Assembly (NCBI GenBank): GCA_038087875.1
Contig: CM075989.1
Coordinates: 7,814,001 to 7,878,000, forward strand
Length of the DNA: 64,000 nucleotides
Reading direction: 5' to 3'
Source: Malacoraja senta
Taxonomy: Eukaryota
The notes under the pieces were generated by a model. The model was not told where the DNA came from. It made no database searches and was given only the letters and a program-made list of their open reading frames with translations. A program made the position numbers and the translations under genes. Of this stretch, positions 40,426-52,889 are shown piece by piece (the stretch's first letter is position 1; the number at the start of each line of letters is the position of its first letter).

Positions 40426-41990
40426 CCAGAAGTAATGTGAAGTAATCTGGAGTGAAAGGTTGGCGTCAGGAGAGGTGTCTATAAAACAACCTCTCCAGAC
40501 GAGAGTTGGGAAATGACTCCCATTTGGAAAACATGTTTAGACAAGTATGATTGTGCCTAACGTATAGCAGGATTGTCACTGAAGTACATGCAAAAAAAAG
40601 GTCACTCTACTTAAGTACACGTGACAATAAAATAGATTGAACTATTAGACTTTAGACTTTTTTAAACTTCAGACTTTAAGAGTTACAGCGCGGAAACAGG
40701 CTTTTCGGCCCACCGTGTCCGCACTGAGCAGCGATCACCCCGTGTCTCTGGTGCTGTAAAGCAGTAACTCTACCGGCGCGCAACTGTGCCATCCCACTGA
40801 AGCTCTCTATTGAATCACGGCCCTGGGCAATGTAGTGACTCCTGGGCGTCCTGTAAAATGTTGTGAATGCTCAGCCGGTCAGGCAGCATCTGTGAAGAGA
40901 GAAACAGTGAACCTTTCAGGATTCCTCACATTCTTGGGTCTTGCTGTCACCTCCCCCATCGACCCCCTCCCCCCCGAAGTACTGGATGGACACAGCAAAT
41001 GGGTTGTGCCCCTCAGCATGTCAGTGTTCCCATGAGACACGGTGGGATCATGCATCAGAGTGCAGATGCCCAGCGCAGCGCAGAGCCTCCATAGCATCTA
41101 GCAGCAGTTCCCATTTCACAATGTGTATGTGTGCATGCACACATGTGCCCATGCCTTTGTGCATGTGTGTGTATGTGCGTATGTGCACGTGTGTGTGTGT
41201 GCACTGGCTACTTGCTCAGTGCCCTAGAGGAATCAGGACACACTGACAAGGCAATGCTGTGGCAGTGCGACAACACTAGTGAGACCACACCTAGTGTGCC
41301 AGCTACAAACTTGGTCATAGAGGGACGGCACAGTGGCGCAACCCCACTGCACCAGAGACCCACATTCAATATTGACCATGGGTGCTGCCTCTCAGCCCAT
41401 CGAGTCCATTCCACCATTCAATCACGGCTGATCTATCTTTCCCTCCCAACCCCACTCTCCCTGCACATTCTCCCTGTTACCAAGTGAGTTTCTTCCGGGT
41501 GCTCCATTTCCTTCCACATCACAAACTTGTGCAGGTTTGTAGGTTATTCAGCCTCTGCAAATTGTCCCTGGTGTGGAGGCATGTGCGTGCGTGTGTTGAG
41601 TGTGTGCATGTAGATGAATTTGTATGTAGTGTGTTTTTTGTGTTTGTGTGCATGTTCAAGTGTTTTTATTTTTGTCTTCATACATGTGTGCATGTGGGTG
41701 TGTGTTGGTGTATGTGTGCACTTGTACATGTGTGCATGTTGTGTGTGCACGTGTATGTACGTGTGTACCTATGTGTGCATGTATGCATGTGTTTGCGTGT
41801 CTGGCCATGCATGTGTGTTAGTGTTTGCATTTGCACATGTACATTTACATGTGTGTTCTTGTACGTGTGCATGTCCATATGTGAATCCTACATCTTGGTA
41901 TTTTCAATGGCGAATCTCCGGCCAGAGACCTGATATAAATGCATTGTCACGAGCATCTGAGGCCAGTTTTCTGTCTGTTTCATTTGACAG

Positions 41991-42135
41991 GGAAAGGACT
42001 GTTTAACTGCGACAACTTCCTTGTCCTGATGGGGGAATACCTCGAGAAGTCAAAGAATCAGGATGAGGAACTGAAGGAAGCCTTCCTGGTGTTTGATCCA
42101 GAACGGAAGGGCTACATCGACTGGAACACGTTGAA
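41991..42135 (+). CDS. CALML6: Calglandulin/CALML6-like gene, coding exon 3
   Basis: Acceptor catttgacag and donor AA|gtgggt, phase-compatible with both neighbours. Translates GKGLFNCDNFLVLMGEYLEKSKNQDEELKEAFLVFDPERKGYIDWNTLK. Confidence 0.95.
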
Positions 42136-42192
42136 GTGGGTGCTTTCAGCCCCCACAGTGGGGCAGCGATAGATTGGGGCTCTCCACGACCC

Positions 42193-42780
42193 TGTGTGTG
42201 TTTATGTGTATGTGTGTGTGTGTGAGAGTGTGCGTGTGAGAGTGTGTGCGTGTGTTTGAGAGTGTGCGTGTGTGTGTGTGTATGTGTGTGTGTGTGAGAG
42301 AGAGTGTGTGTGTGTGTATGTGTACGTGTGTGAGAGTGTGCGTGTGTGTATGTGAGAGTGCGTGTGCATGAGTGCATGTGCATGAGTGCGTGTGTGTGCG
42401 TGTGTGTCTCTGTGCACATGTATGTGTGTATATCTGTGTGTGTGTGCGTGTGCATGAGTGTGTGTGCGTGAGTGTGTGCGTGTGTGTCTCTGCACATGAG
42501 ACTATGTGTGTGTATGTCTGTGTGTGTGAGTGTGTGTGTCAATGTGTACGTAACTGTCTGCATGCGAGTGTCTCAATGTGCGTGTCCGTGTGTGTCTGTG
42601 TATCTCTGGTATGCATGTCTGTGCGTGTGATTGTGCGTGTCTGTTCGAGTATATTTGTCCACGTCTGTGTGTGTGTGTGTGTATGTCTCTGTGCATGTGT
42701 GTGTGTCTGTTTGTGTGCACGTGTGTGTCTGTGTATCTGTGTGTGTCTCTGTGTGCGTGTCTGCGTGTGTGTGTGCATGT
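42193..42780. repeat. Imperfect (TG)n microsatellite
   Basis: Directly visible; more degenerate TG tracts lie at ~41120-41200 and ~41580-41880. Confidence 0.95.
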
Positions 42781-43625
42781 CCAGGTTCCCTATGCATTCC
42801 TGACCTCTCAGCGCCTGACGTACCTGAGGGTCCCAGGCCAGGCCTGTGATGCAGGTGGATCTCCGGGGGGCGCTGCCTACTGCAGACTCCAGGGCCCTGG
42901 CTCAAGTCCCACTCAAAAGGTGTGAGGACAAGAATCACATCTTCCCAGGGATCCAGCTGGCACCAGGGTGTGGGCTTAGATAAAGTGTCAGGCCAAGGAC
43001 TTGCATGTAGTCCTGACTGTTGGACAACGAATAGTTCATGTTCATAAGTCATAGGAGCAGAATTAGGCCTCTCAGCCCATCGAGTCCATTCCACCATTCA
43101 ATCACGGCTGATCTATCTTTCCCTCCCAACCCCACTCTCCTTCCGTCTCCCTGTTACCTTTGACAACATTACTAATCAAGAACTTGTTAAAAAGCTTTAC
43201 AAAAAAAACAATAACCAGTTGACCAGGTCCACCCGAGTACTGGGACATTTCAACCCAATCGATGAAACAGGCACTCTGGCCTTTGACCATCATGTGTGGG
43301 ATCTTGCTGTGTAAGCCTTGGTCGCAATGTTTCTTACATCCCACTGGGACCCACATCCCAGAGGACTAATGATGTGGCAAAATGCAATGTGCTGGAGTAA
43401 CACAATGGTTCAGGCAGCATCTATAGAGGCAATGGACAGATGACATTTTGGGTCGGGACCCTTCAGACTGATGGAGTTGGAGGGGTGGGTGGGGGACGGA
43501 GAAAGCTGGGAAAGAAAGTTGGGCAAAGACTGGCAAATGATAAGTGGATGCAGGTGAGGTGAGGGGTCTGATGGGCAGATGGGTGGGCAAAGGGTGGAGA
43601 TGCGTGTCAGATTAGGAGCAATTAC

Positions 43626-43910
43626 TGTGGCACAGCCATAGAGCTGCTGCCATACAGCGCCGGAGACCCGGGATCGATCCTGACTACGGGCGCTGTCTGT
43701 ACGGAGTTTGTACGTTCTCCCCGTGACCGTGTGGGTTTCCTCCCGTATCCAAAGGAAATACAGGTGTGTGGGTTAATTGAATTCGGTATCAATTGTAAAT
43801 TGTCCCTAGTGTGTAGGATGGTGCTAATGTACGGGGAATCGCTGGTCAGCGTGGACTCGGTGGGCCGAAGGGCCTGTTTCCGTGATGTGTCTTTAAAACT
43901 AAAAAAACTT
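43626..43910 (+). mobile_element. HE1-type V-SINE (CALML6 intron 3)
   Basis: Consensus head, core and tail. Confidence 0.85.
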
Positions 43911-44439
43911 AAAAGAAGAGGAGTGAATGTAAACCCGGAGGGAGAGATATGAGTGGAATGGGAGAGGGGGGAGGGGAAATGGGGACAAGATAATGGGTGT
44001 TAACCTGGGTTGGGGGATAAGCAGAAAAGAGAAAGGGAGATTACTTAAAATTGGAGAATTCAATGTTCATACCGTTGGGTCGGGCAGACTGGCGTTTTGC
44101 TTGGAGCCAGCAGAGGGCAGGCTTAGCTTTCTAATGGAGGAATCTTCACTTGGAAGGCTGGCAGGGAGAGGGGGGGGGGGGCATGGAACTCCTTCTACCC
44201 ACACAGGAACTCTACTCCCCCTGCAAGGAGGGAGGCAGTCAGCACTCATTGCTCCTGATCACTGCGGCAGTAACCACTCGACAGAAACCAGCTGCATGTC
44301 ATCCGGGCTTGGACCTGCAGACACCTCGTCACCATGGGCATCACGCACTCACTTCGTGGAGTGTCGCCCTTCCTGACCCTTGATGTAGTATTTTTTTCTC
44401 TAATGAGCTGATCAGTTTTGGGCAGGTCAGCTTTAATTT

Positions 44440-44770
44440 TGTTTAGTTTACTTTACCTTATAGACACAGCGTGGAAACAGGCTCCTTTCGCTCACCGAGG
44501 TCGCACCGGCCAAAGATCACCCATTCACACTAGTTCTACGTTATCCCACATTCACGTCCTACGCACTAGGGGCGAATTTACAGAAGCCAAATAACCAACA
44601 AACCTGCACATCCTTGGAATGTGGGAGGAAACCGGGGCACCCGGAGAAAACCCACGCAGTCACAGAGAGAACGTACTAACTCCGTAGTCAGAAATGAACC
44701 CGGGTCTCTGGCACTGTAAGGCAGTAACTCTACCACTTGGCTGACCTACCGCTGCACCACTGTGCTGCCC
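44440..44770 (-). mobile_element. HE1-type V-SINE (CALML6 intron 3)
   Basis: Reverse complement of the consensus. Confidence 0.85.
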
Positions 44771-46350
44771 TGCTCTTGCCCTGAAGTCGGACATCAGACC
44801 GTTGAGTTACTCCAGCAGTTTGTGTCCTTTTGTATGAACCTGCATCTGCAGTTCCTTGTTTTTACAAAGGCCTTGGTCTGATTTCTAGGTAGACAGGTCA
44901 ACCGGACAATACATAAACCCGGCCTTGTTTTTCTACTTGGTGGATGCAAAAAGTGCACGGCAAGAAGAGCAGAGGAGCTTTCTCTGGGGTGCTGGGATAT
45001 TTCAGTGTGTAAACCTGCTGCAGGGTTCCTATCTTAGAACCGTAACTACACATAAGTTTATAAAATTAAGAGAGGCGTCGTTAGGGGAGACAGTCAGAAC
45101 CATTTTCCCAAGGGGGAAATGTCAAAGGCTAGAGGGCAAAGCTTTAAGGTGAAAGGGCAAAGTTTAAAGGAGATGTGCCGGGTACGTTTTGTTTTACACA
45201 GAGAGTGGTGGATGCCTATAATGTCCCTGTGGTGGTGGAGGCAGATACGATGGTGGCATTTAAGAGGCTTGTAGATATGCACGTTGACATGCATGGAATG
45301 GAGAAATATGGATCACGTGCAGGCAGAGGAGATTAGTTTCACTCGCTATTGAGTTTGGCATAGACATTGTAAGATGAAGGGCTTGTTCTTGTCTTGTACT
45401 GTTCTATGTTCTATGTACTTCCAAAGGCCAGTTGTACTTGCAAAGGATGCAGTGAATGATCTATCCTTCTTTATAAGCTGCGGTGTAGGATCAATGAGCA
45501 GAACAGTAGAGAGTTGCTGCCTTACAGCGCCAGAGACCCGGGTTCGATCCTAACTACGGGTGCTGTCTTTATGGAGTTTGTACGTTCTCCGTGTGACCGT
45601 GTGGGTTTACTCCTGGTCCTGATCCTACTTCTCATGCTCTTCTCATGCTCTTGAAGGGAAATGGAACACAACCAACCAATAACATAACAACACAGGCTAT
45701 GGTCTGAAGAAGGGTCTCGACCCAAAACATCACCCATTCCTTCTCTCCAGAGATGCTGCCTGTCCCGCAGAGTTACTCCAGCTTTTCTGTGTCTATCTTT
45801 GGTTTAAACCAGCATCTGCAGTTCCTTCCCACACAGACTATGAGTATGTAGAAAGGAACTGCAGATGCTGGTATGTACCGAAGATAGACACAAAGTGCTA
45901 GAGTAACTCCGGGTCAGGCAGCATCTCTGGAGAAAAAGGATGGGTGACATTTCGGGTCGGGGCCCTTCTTCGGACTGAAAGTAGAGGGGAGGGAACTGGA
46001 GGTTAAAAAAAAGGCCAAAACAACACAGACTGTGAGACGGATCCTGCAAACTGTGCAGCGCAGAGGCTGAAGAAGGGTCCCGACCCGAAACATCAGCTGC
46101 CCCCTCCCTCCCCAGAAGCCACCTGAGCCGCTGAGTTGCTCCAGCACTTTGTATTTTGTTCAGCCCATGGTCAGCGCAGACACAGTGGGCCGAAGGGGCC
46201 TGTTTGTGTACGGTGTGACTCAATGAGATCACAGACTGTCGCTCCCACCGCTCTTTACAAAACTGCAACATGAGCTTTTTAATGAGTCATTTCCAAACAG
46301 GAGAATGTTCTTTGTCATCATCACCTGTTTTGCTCTTTGTGGTTTATAAG

Positions 46351-46451
46351 GTATGTCCTGATGAATGCTGGGGAACCGCTCAACGAAGAGGAAGCAGAAC
46401 AGATGATGTTGGAAGCTGACAAAGATGGTGATGGCACAATCGACTACCAAG
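46351..46451 (+). CDS. CALML6: Calglandulin/CALML6-like gene, coding exon 4 (EF-hand 4 loop)
   Basis: Acceptor ggtttataag and donor G|gtagag. Translates YVLMNAGEPLNEEEAEQMMLEADKDGDGTIDYQ. Confidence 0.95.
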
Positions 46452-46531
46452 GTAGAGGGGACTGCAACTCAGCGCTGGTTGTGAACTATTTGAACCTTGC
46501 TGCAATAGTGGCACAGCAGTTAAATTACTGG

Positions 46532-46716
46532 TACACAAAAATGCTGGAGAAACTCAGCGGGTGCAGCAGCATCTATGGAGCGAAGGAAATAGGCAACGTT
46601 TCGGGCTGAAACGTTGCCTATTTCCTTCGCTCCATAGATGCTGCTGCACCCGCTGAGTTTTTCCAGCATTTTTGTGTACCTGGGATTTTCCAGCATCTGC
46701 AGTTCCTTCTTAAACA
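46532..46716. mobile_element. Palindromic Penelope-derived mini-insertion
   Basis: Near-perfect hairpin 46531-46679 and a 14-bp TSD AGTTAAATTACTGG (46518-46531, 46717-46730). Confidence 0.85.
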
Positions 46717-46792
46717 AGTTAAATTACTGGATTGGTAATCCAGAGGCCAGGGTGGTTAAATCCCACAATGGGGGCTGAGGGATTTAAATTTT

Positions 46793-47108
46793 GGGTGGCA
46801 CAGTGGCATGCTGGCAGGGCTGCTGCCTCACAGCACCAGAGACCCCTGGTTCGATCCTGTCCTCTGGTACACTCTTATGTGGAGTTTGTATGCTCTCCCT
46901 GTGACCACGTGGGTTTCCTCTGGGTGCGCCGGTTTCCTCCCGTATCCCAAGAATGTAGCTTAATTGGCCTCTGGAAATTGCCCCTGGTGTGTTAGGGAAT
47001 AGATGAGAAAGTGGGATAACATAGAACTGGTGCGAATGGGTGATCGATGGTCGGCACGGACTTGGTGGGCTGAATGGACTATATCCATGCTGTATCTCTA
47101 AACTAAAC
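46793..47108 (+). mobile_element. HE1-type V-SINE (CALML6 intron 4)
   Basis: Consensus head, core and CTAAACTAAAC tail ending about 30 nt before the last acceptor. Confidence 0.85.
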
Positions 47109-47137
47109 ACTGACACACGAACCCGCTTCTTTTCTAG

Positions 47138-47184
47138 AATTCGTCGACATGATGACTGGTGAATCCTTCAAATTGATCAAGTAA
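47138..47184 (+). CDS. CALML6: Calglandulin/CALML6-like gene, last coding exon
   Basis: Acceptor cttcttttctag. Translates EFVDMMTGESFKLIK-TAA. The exon sum 3+175+145+101+47 = 471 nt gives 156 aa plus stop. Confidence 0.93.
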
Positions 47185-47458
47185 TTACTTTTTTCTGGAG
47201 CAAGAGTTGCATCTGAACAGTGACTGCTCGGCGGCATTCCCGCATTGACCGATGTTCCATCAAGACTCTGGACACGATGACAAATATACATATATTTAAT
47301 TTTGAGACCTTGTTTCCTTCTCTCTCCCACTGTAACACAATGATCGTACGGTTTTGTAAATCACAATGTAAAATGCAGAGAGATTAAGCGGATGATTTCA
47401 ACCTGTGTCCAAGGTATCTCGGAGTGGGCCATGGGTCTTATAACCATGCACAGCTGCC

Positions 47459-47464
47459 AATAAA
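47459..47464 (+). promoter_or_regulatory. Probable polyadenylation signal of the CALML6-like gene
   Basis: AATAAA about 275 nt after the stop codon, with GT-rich sequence downstream. Confidence 0.6.
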
Positions 47465-48189
47465 CTGAATGGTACAGATTAAGCAGATTGTTCGTGATGG
47501 TGTTGTATGGGCAGCACCTGAACAAGCTTGTTTCACACCGAAGAGTTTTCTCTTTTGTCTGCTTTTCACCTCTAACCATCTGCTAATCAAACTCCCCACC
47601 TATCACTTGCCAGGCTTTGTCCGCTCTTTTCCAGCCTTCTGCCCCCCCCCCCCCACCTTAACTACTGAAGGAGGGTCCTGACCATAATGTCATCTGTCCA
47701 TTCCCTCTACAGATACTGCCTGACCTGTTGAGTTCCTCCAGCACTTTGGTTTGTGCTCAAGATTCCAACATCTAGTCATAGGGTGGTGAATCTGTGGAAT
47801 TCTTTGCCACAGATGGCTGTGGAGGCCAAGTCAGTGGATATATTTAAGGCAGATAGATCGATTATTGATATACAGGTGTCAGAGGTTATGGGGAGCAGGC
47901 AGGAGAATAGGGTTAGGAGGGAGAGAAACATCAGCCATGATTGAATGGTGGAGTAGGCTTGATGGGCCAAATGGCCTAATTCTACTCCTATTCCTTAATA
48001 CTTTATGACTTGCAATTCTTTGTGTCTCCAGCGTTCAGTAAACCTGCCATGGAGTTGTGGGTGTGGGAAGGACGTTAATGACATTGTTTATTGATTCAGT
48101 CTCCAACAACAGATACAGAAATGTGGAGACCAACAGTTGAATAGTAAGCAACATTTCCAGAGCCTTTATTTCAGCATGTCCCAATGAAA

Positions 48190-48660
48190 CCTAGAGTATT
48201 GTGCTCAAGGTTTGGTCACCATGATATAGGAAATATGCCATTAAACTGGAATGAGTACAGAGAAGATTTGCTAAGGATTTAAGGGCCTGAGCTCCAGGGA
48301 GAGGTCAGGCAGGCTAAGACTTTATTCCTTGTAGCGCAGATGGCCGAGCGATGATCTTACAGGGGGTGTAAAATCATGAGGGAAATAAATAGCGTGAATG
48401 CACAAAAACTTATCCGCAGGGAAGGGGAATTAAGCATGGGCTTAAGGTAAGAGGGGAAAGGTTTAATAGGAAACTGAGGGGCAATATTTGTACACAGAGA
48501 GTGATGGGTATTTGGAACAAGCTGCTTGAGGAAGTGTTTGGGGCAGTAACACTTTAAAAAAGATATTTGGACAGGTAAATGGAAAGGATATGGGGCAAAT
48601 TGAACTAGCTCATGGTCAGCATGGACAAGTGGGCTGAAGGGCCTGTTTCCATGCTGGATG
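48190..48660 (+). mobile_element. Decayed CR1/HER1 LINE 3' fragment
   Basis: Degenerate nucleotide similarity to the other CR1 tails (acacagagagtgatgggtatttggaacaagctgc; gggctgaagggcctgtttcc). Confidence 0.7.
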
Positions 48661-49922
48661 ATTATGATATTCACATTTCAGCATATCAGAATGAAACATT
48701 TGTTAATCGTGGTCAACTGCAATGTCCGCAAACAGCAAACTTTTGCACAGCGGGATCCAACAGGGTGCTCCCGTGCAGAGTGAGCCATGCACAAGATCTC
48801 ACACAGGGAACTTGCAGACTGCCAACAATAATGAAAACATATGGAACCTTAAAGCTGAAATTCATATAGACCAGGTCCACTCTCTTGCCCTCATCAACCT
48901 GCTTGGTCACTTCCAAGAAAAAAAATCTCCCCTCAAAATTTGCGAGTCTTGATTTCCTCTGCACAAAGTTGTGCCGACTACCCCCAATCAATCCTTGTCT
49001 TGCCAAATGCGCATACATCTTATCCCTCAGAATCCTGTGCAGTAATTTACAAGTGCAGAAATGTTAGGCACCCTCCAGTCTTGTCAGTTTTGTTTGGAGA
49101 GTGTCCTTGAACTGGTGTGAATGGAGTCATTGTTTGGAACCTGCTTACAAGCAGAAATATTGGAGAGAATTATTTAGGGTGATGGACAATTCAAATGGGA
49201 CCCATCTTCTGGAATGCAAAGAAAAAGCAAACCAGAGCAAAAAAATATATAGATAGCAAGCTACACACCAGAAGCTCAGGGATAAACACACAGCATCGGC
49301 AAACTCTTTAAAGTGTGCGTGTGCCGAGTGAAGATCAGGACAGTTCACCAGAACATTACCACATGCCTGTGGTCCCCACTGTTCAACCTCATACACTCCA
49401 CGCAAGAGGCAGCTGGTTCCAACAGAACATTACTAAGGCCCCTCAGCCTGGGTCAGTTCCCAATGATGCACCAGACCCTGTGGAAGTTCAAATAAGGACA
49501 TTGGCTCTTTGAATATTTATTGAATATTTATTGTCAATTTCTTGATAAAAATTAAATTTTAAAAAAGGTTACAAAGCATTGTAATAAAACTAGAGCTTTA
49601 TAAAAATAGCATAACTATACATTAACATAAGAATGCAAGTAGTATTCTCATTATGTAAACAAGACTTTGTTACCAACTTCGAGGAGAGTCACATTGGACT
49701 ACTTTGACCTTCTAAGCCAACAAATCCCAAATGGTTTTGCTGACCTGTTAATAGCAGCAGTCTCTTTATATTTGGGTAGTCAGCAATAATAGTAAGTGGC
49801 TGTGTACCGTGCAAATTTAAAGCTATTTCATGAATTAGCTCACTTTATCATAACAAAAGCACAATTGAGCTAACCCTTGGAATCACGCAAGGTGGGGGAC
49901 ACCACAACAGAAACAAGAAGGG

Positions 49923-50136
49923 CAGGTAAGAACTGCAGATTCTGGTTTAAATCGAAGGTCGACAAAATGCTGGAGTAACTCAGCGGGACATGCAGCATCT
50001 CTGGAGAGAAGGAATGGGTGACGTTTCGGGTCGAGGCCAGTCTGAAGAAGGGTCTCGACCCGAAATGACACCCATTCCTTCTCTCCAGAGATGCTGCCAG
50101 ACCCCCTGAGTTACTCCATCATTTTGTGTCTACCTT
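49923..50136. mobile_element. Palindromic Penelope-derived mini-insertion
   Basis: Antisense + sense copies of the PLE 3' repeat; 14-bp TSD AGAAACAAGAAGGG (49909-49922, 50137-50150). Confidence 0.85.
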
Positions 50137-50602
50137 AGAAACAAGAAGGGGACATCCATGCTATTGTTGTTTCCCCCACTGCATATTGGAGCTGTCTGAA
50201 TGAAATAGAAATGCTTTATTATGCTTGAAGATTACCAACGTAAAATTAGTGCCCATCGGCACAGCGGTCGGTGCTGTATGTTTGCAGGCTTTCTTTAACG
50301 GGAAGAGCCCAATTTAGGCTTCGAGAACTTTAGCTGCAAAAGTGCGGGTAGAAATGGAATGCAATATAAATACAAAATATGGAACGAAAAACTCATCGTG
50401 CATTTGTGCAAAAATATCATGTGAAACTCGGGTGTCGTTTGCATTGAATAGCGTCAACGGTAATGCACCCTCCTGATAAACCTACTACTCAAATGTCATT
50501 ACTCAGTAATGGAGCTGTTCTGCAGCAATTTGCTGAAAATATTTCACTGCCTGAAAATGGTACACGGTACATGGACAAATGTTGATTCAGGGGTTCTTAT
50601 CG

Positions 50603-50874
50603 CTATGACGATGCCGATGGTGCAACTGTTCCATCTGTGGATCCAGGCCCTCTGATCCTTTGTGGAATCTGAGCCCCATTTCCATTTGGATTCTCTGCCC
50701 CGCTCTTTGGGTCAGAGGTCTCAGGAGCTTTGGCCATTTTCAGGGCCATCTCATAGGTTGGAGGGTTGTCAATGGCGCATAGGCTGTATGATGGAGGAGG
50801 CAGGATGAGTTGACTGGGATCCCGCAACGGGATGTGATTCCTGCCGGTGGATATGTACTGCAGGGTACTGTTTG
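50603..50874 (-). CDS. TMEM52: TMEM52, last coding exon
   Basis: Acceptor tttattttctcag, phase-compatible. Translates PNSTLQYISTGRNHIPLRDPSQLILPPPSYSLCAIDNPPTYEMALKMAKAPE...SS-TAG. The PPxY motifs and ALKMAK match TMEM52 rather than TMEM52B. Confidence 0.9.
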
Positions 50875-52734
50875 CTGAGAAAATAAAAAGAAAGAATAGT
50901 TTGTTTAGTTTCCAAAGTTAAATAGATTTACTGGAAAAAAAATCATCTTTGCCCAGAGAAAAAGAAAAGGATTACCAAGTTAAATAATACAATTTAAAAG
51001 CAAATGGCCTGAACTGCTGAAAGAAGGGACTGGTGGTTTAAAGAATTGTCAAACATTTCAACAAACACTTCTCACAATTGAGACTTCAGACACCAGTAGC
51101 TTTCAGATAATGTTTTAAAATGTAAACATCAAATCTTCAAATAACATCTTCCTCAGTGCGATCACTGCAAGAATATGTTTGCTAGTAAGTTCTTTCTCTC
51201 CAGTTTGGAACAGCTGGTGGATGTCAAGCATTTGAGAGTTTGCAGAGGTCTAGAGTTCCCCCAAGTTGCTCTTGTTGAGTTCATAGGTTCTAGGAGCAGA
51301 ATTAGCTCATTTGGCCCATCAAGTCCACTCTGCCATTCAATCATGGCTGATCCATCTTAAACCCAAACTCCTACTCTTCTCCCCATAATCCCCGACACCA
51401 TTATTAATTAAGAATCTGTCAATCTCTCCCTTAAAAATATTCATTCTTGGCCTCTGCAGCCATCCTTGGCAATGAATTCCACAGATTCACCACCCTATGA
51501 CTAAAGACATTCCTTCTCTTCTACTTCCCAAAGATACATCTTTTTATTCTGAGGCTATGGCCTCTGGTCCAAGACTCTCCCACTAGTGGAAGCATCCTAT
51601 CCATGTCCACTATCCTGGCCTTGAAGACATCTGATTGCGAACAGCTGCTGGCTATTTGACCTGGGGGGGGGGGGGGAGGTGGTGCGGGCAGACAACAGTA
51701 TGTTACAGCCCAGCCCAGTCCTCATCCACTGCATGGATTTCTCAACAGAACTGCTAAACACCAACCTGAACCGACACCCTGGGGAGGGGACAACCAACTG
51801 CAATGCCACAGATTGAAGAAGGGTGGACAGGTGAAAAATGCCCTGCTCTAGTTAGCTCAGATGTTACAAATATTAATCATTCTGATTAGGCCAAGTAAAC
51901 GCACTTGGGTCAGACACTAGGAACAAGTCTGCAGCTGACATGCTGTGCACCATGCAACGAATGCAGTAGCCTAGAGTTGAAAATGTTTCCACATTCTATC
52001 ATGGTGACATCAAACAAAGGCTTGGCTCAGAGATAGTAAGAAGCCAGCTGAGGCATTGCCAAGTACCCATCCCCGGTGAAAGCAGAGATCAAAGGGGGGT
52101 TCTACCGTGCAAAGGATTTTCTAGATAGAGGCTGCCTCTGATTTTTCTGAATGTAACACTGTGTTCGGCCAAGAGCAGCAATGATGCATGACGGAGGAAC
52201 AGTAGGGACTCTCCCCAATGTCTGGGTGATTTGGATGTGCTGCTTGTAAAGGTCAGCGGTTTGAACAGGGCTTGTCTGAGAGAGAATACAAACCCTTGTA
52301 TTTGTATATTTACAGGGCTGCGGGGGGGGGGGGGGGGGCACAGGCAGGAGGTGTGCTACCAAAGAGATAGGAGAGACATGATGGGCCAAACGACCTTATC
52401 ATGCTCAATGCTCCCGATGAGCGGGGCCAAGCCCTTCAGTAGGCCTGGGCTCGCCCAGTGTGGACATCGATGGGACCCGCGCCGCGAGAGTGAGGGGGGG
52501 GGGGCCCCGTGAGCAACCAACGAGAGCAAGGGAACGATGGGGGAGTATTTGGTGAACGATGGGATGGGAGTATTTGGTGAACTTTTGTAAATTTATCAGC
52601 ACGGATACACAACTTTACAGGGTTATATGCAAAACCTAGCACGTCACTGTACTTGGGTGCATGTGACAATAAAATATCATTACCATTGTACGTATGCACG
52701 TGACGATTAGAGGTACAATGGTGATGCTACTTAC

Positions 52735-52889
52735 GTGTTATGCTGCTGTCATTGTCAATGGCGATCACAGTCACTTCGTACGGTCGGCTGGCGAAGGTGG
52801 GGGCTTGGGGCTTGGACCTCCGGCAGCACTTGACACAGCTGGCCGCCACCCCACACACCAGCAGCAGGAAGACCGTCAACAGAATCAAC
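52735..52889 (-). CDS. TMEM52: TMEM52, transmembrane exon
   Basis: Acceptor ttgcctcctag and donor C|gtaagt. Translates LILLTVFLLLVCGVAASCVKCCRRSKPQAPTFASRPYEVTVIAIDNDSSIT: TM helix, juxtamembrane Cys cluster and EVTVIAxD motif. Confidence 0.92.

Larger units (their letters stand above)
39531..41339. repeat. Inverted repeat pair (39531-39666 / 41204-41339) flanking CALML6 exon 2
   Basis: 136-bp arms that are reverse complements with scattered mismatches; the ORF track shows near-identical translations on opposite strands. Confidence 0.92.

Noticed and set aside
41382..43097. Long Cys/Val- and His/Thr-rich ORFs
   Set aside because: Translations of (TG)n/(CA)n microsatellites.
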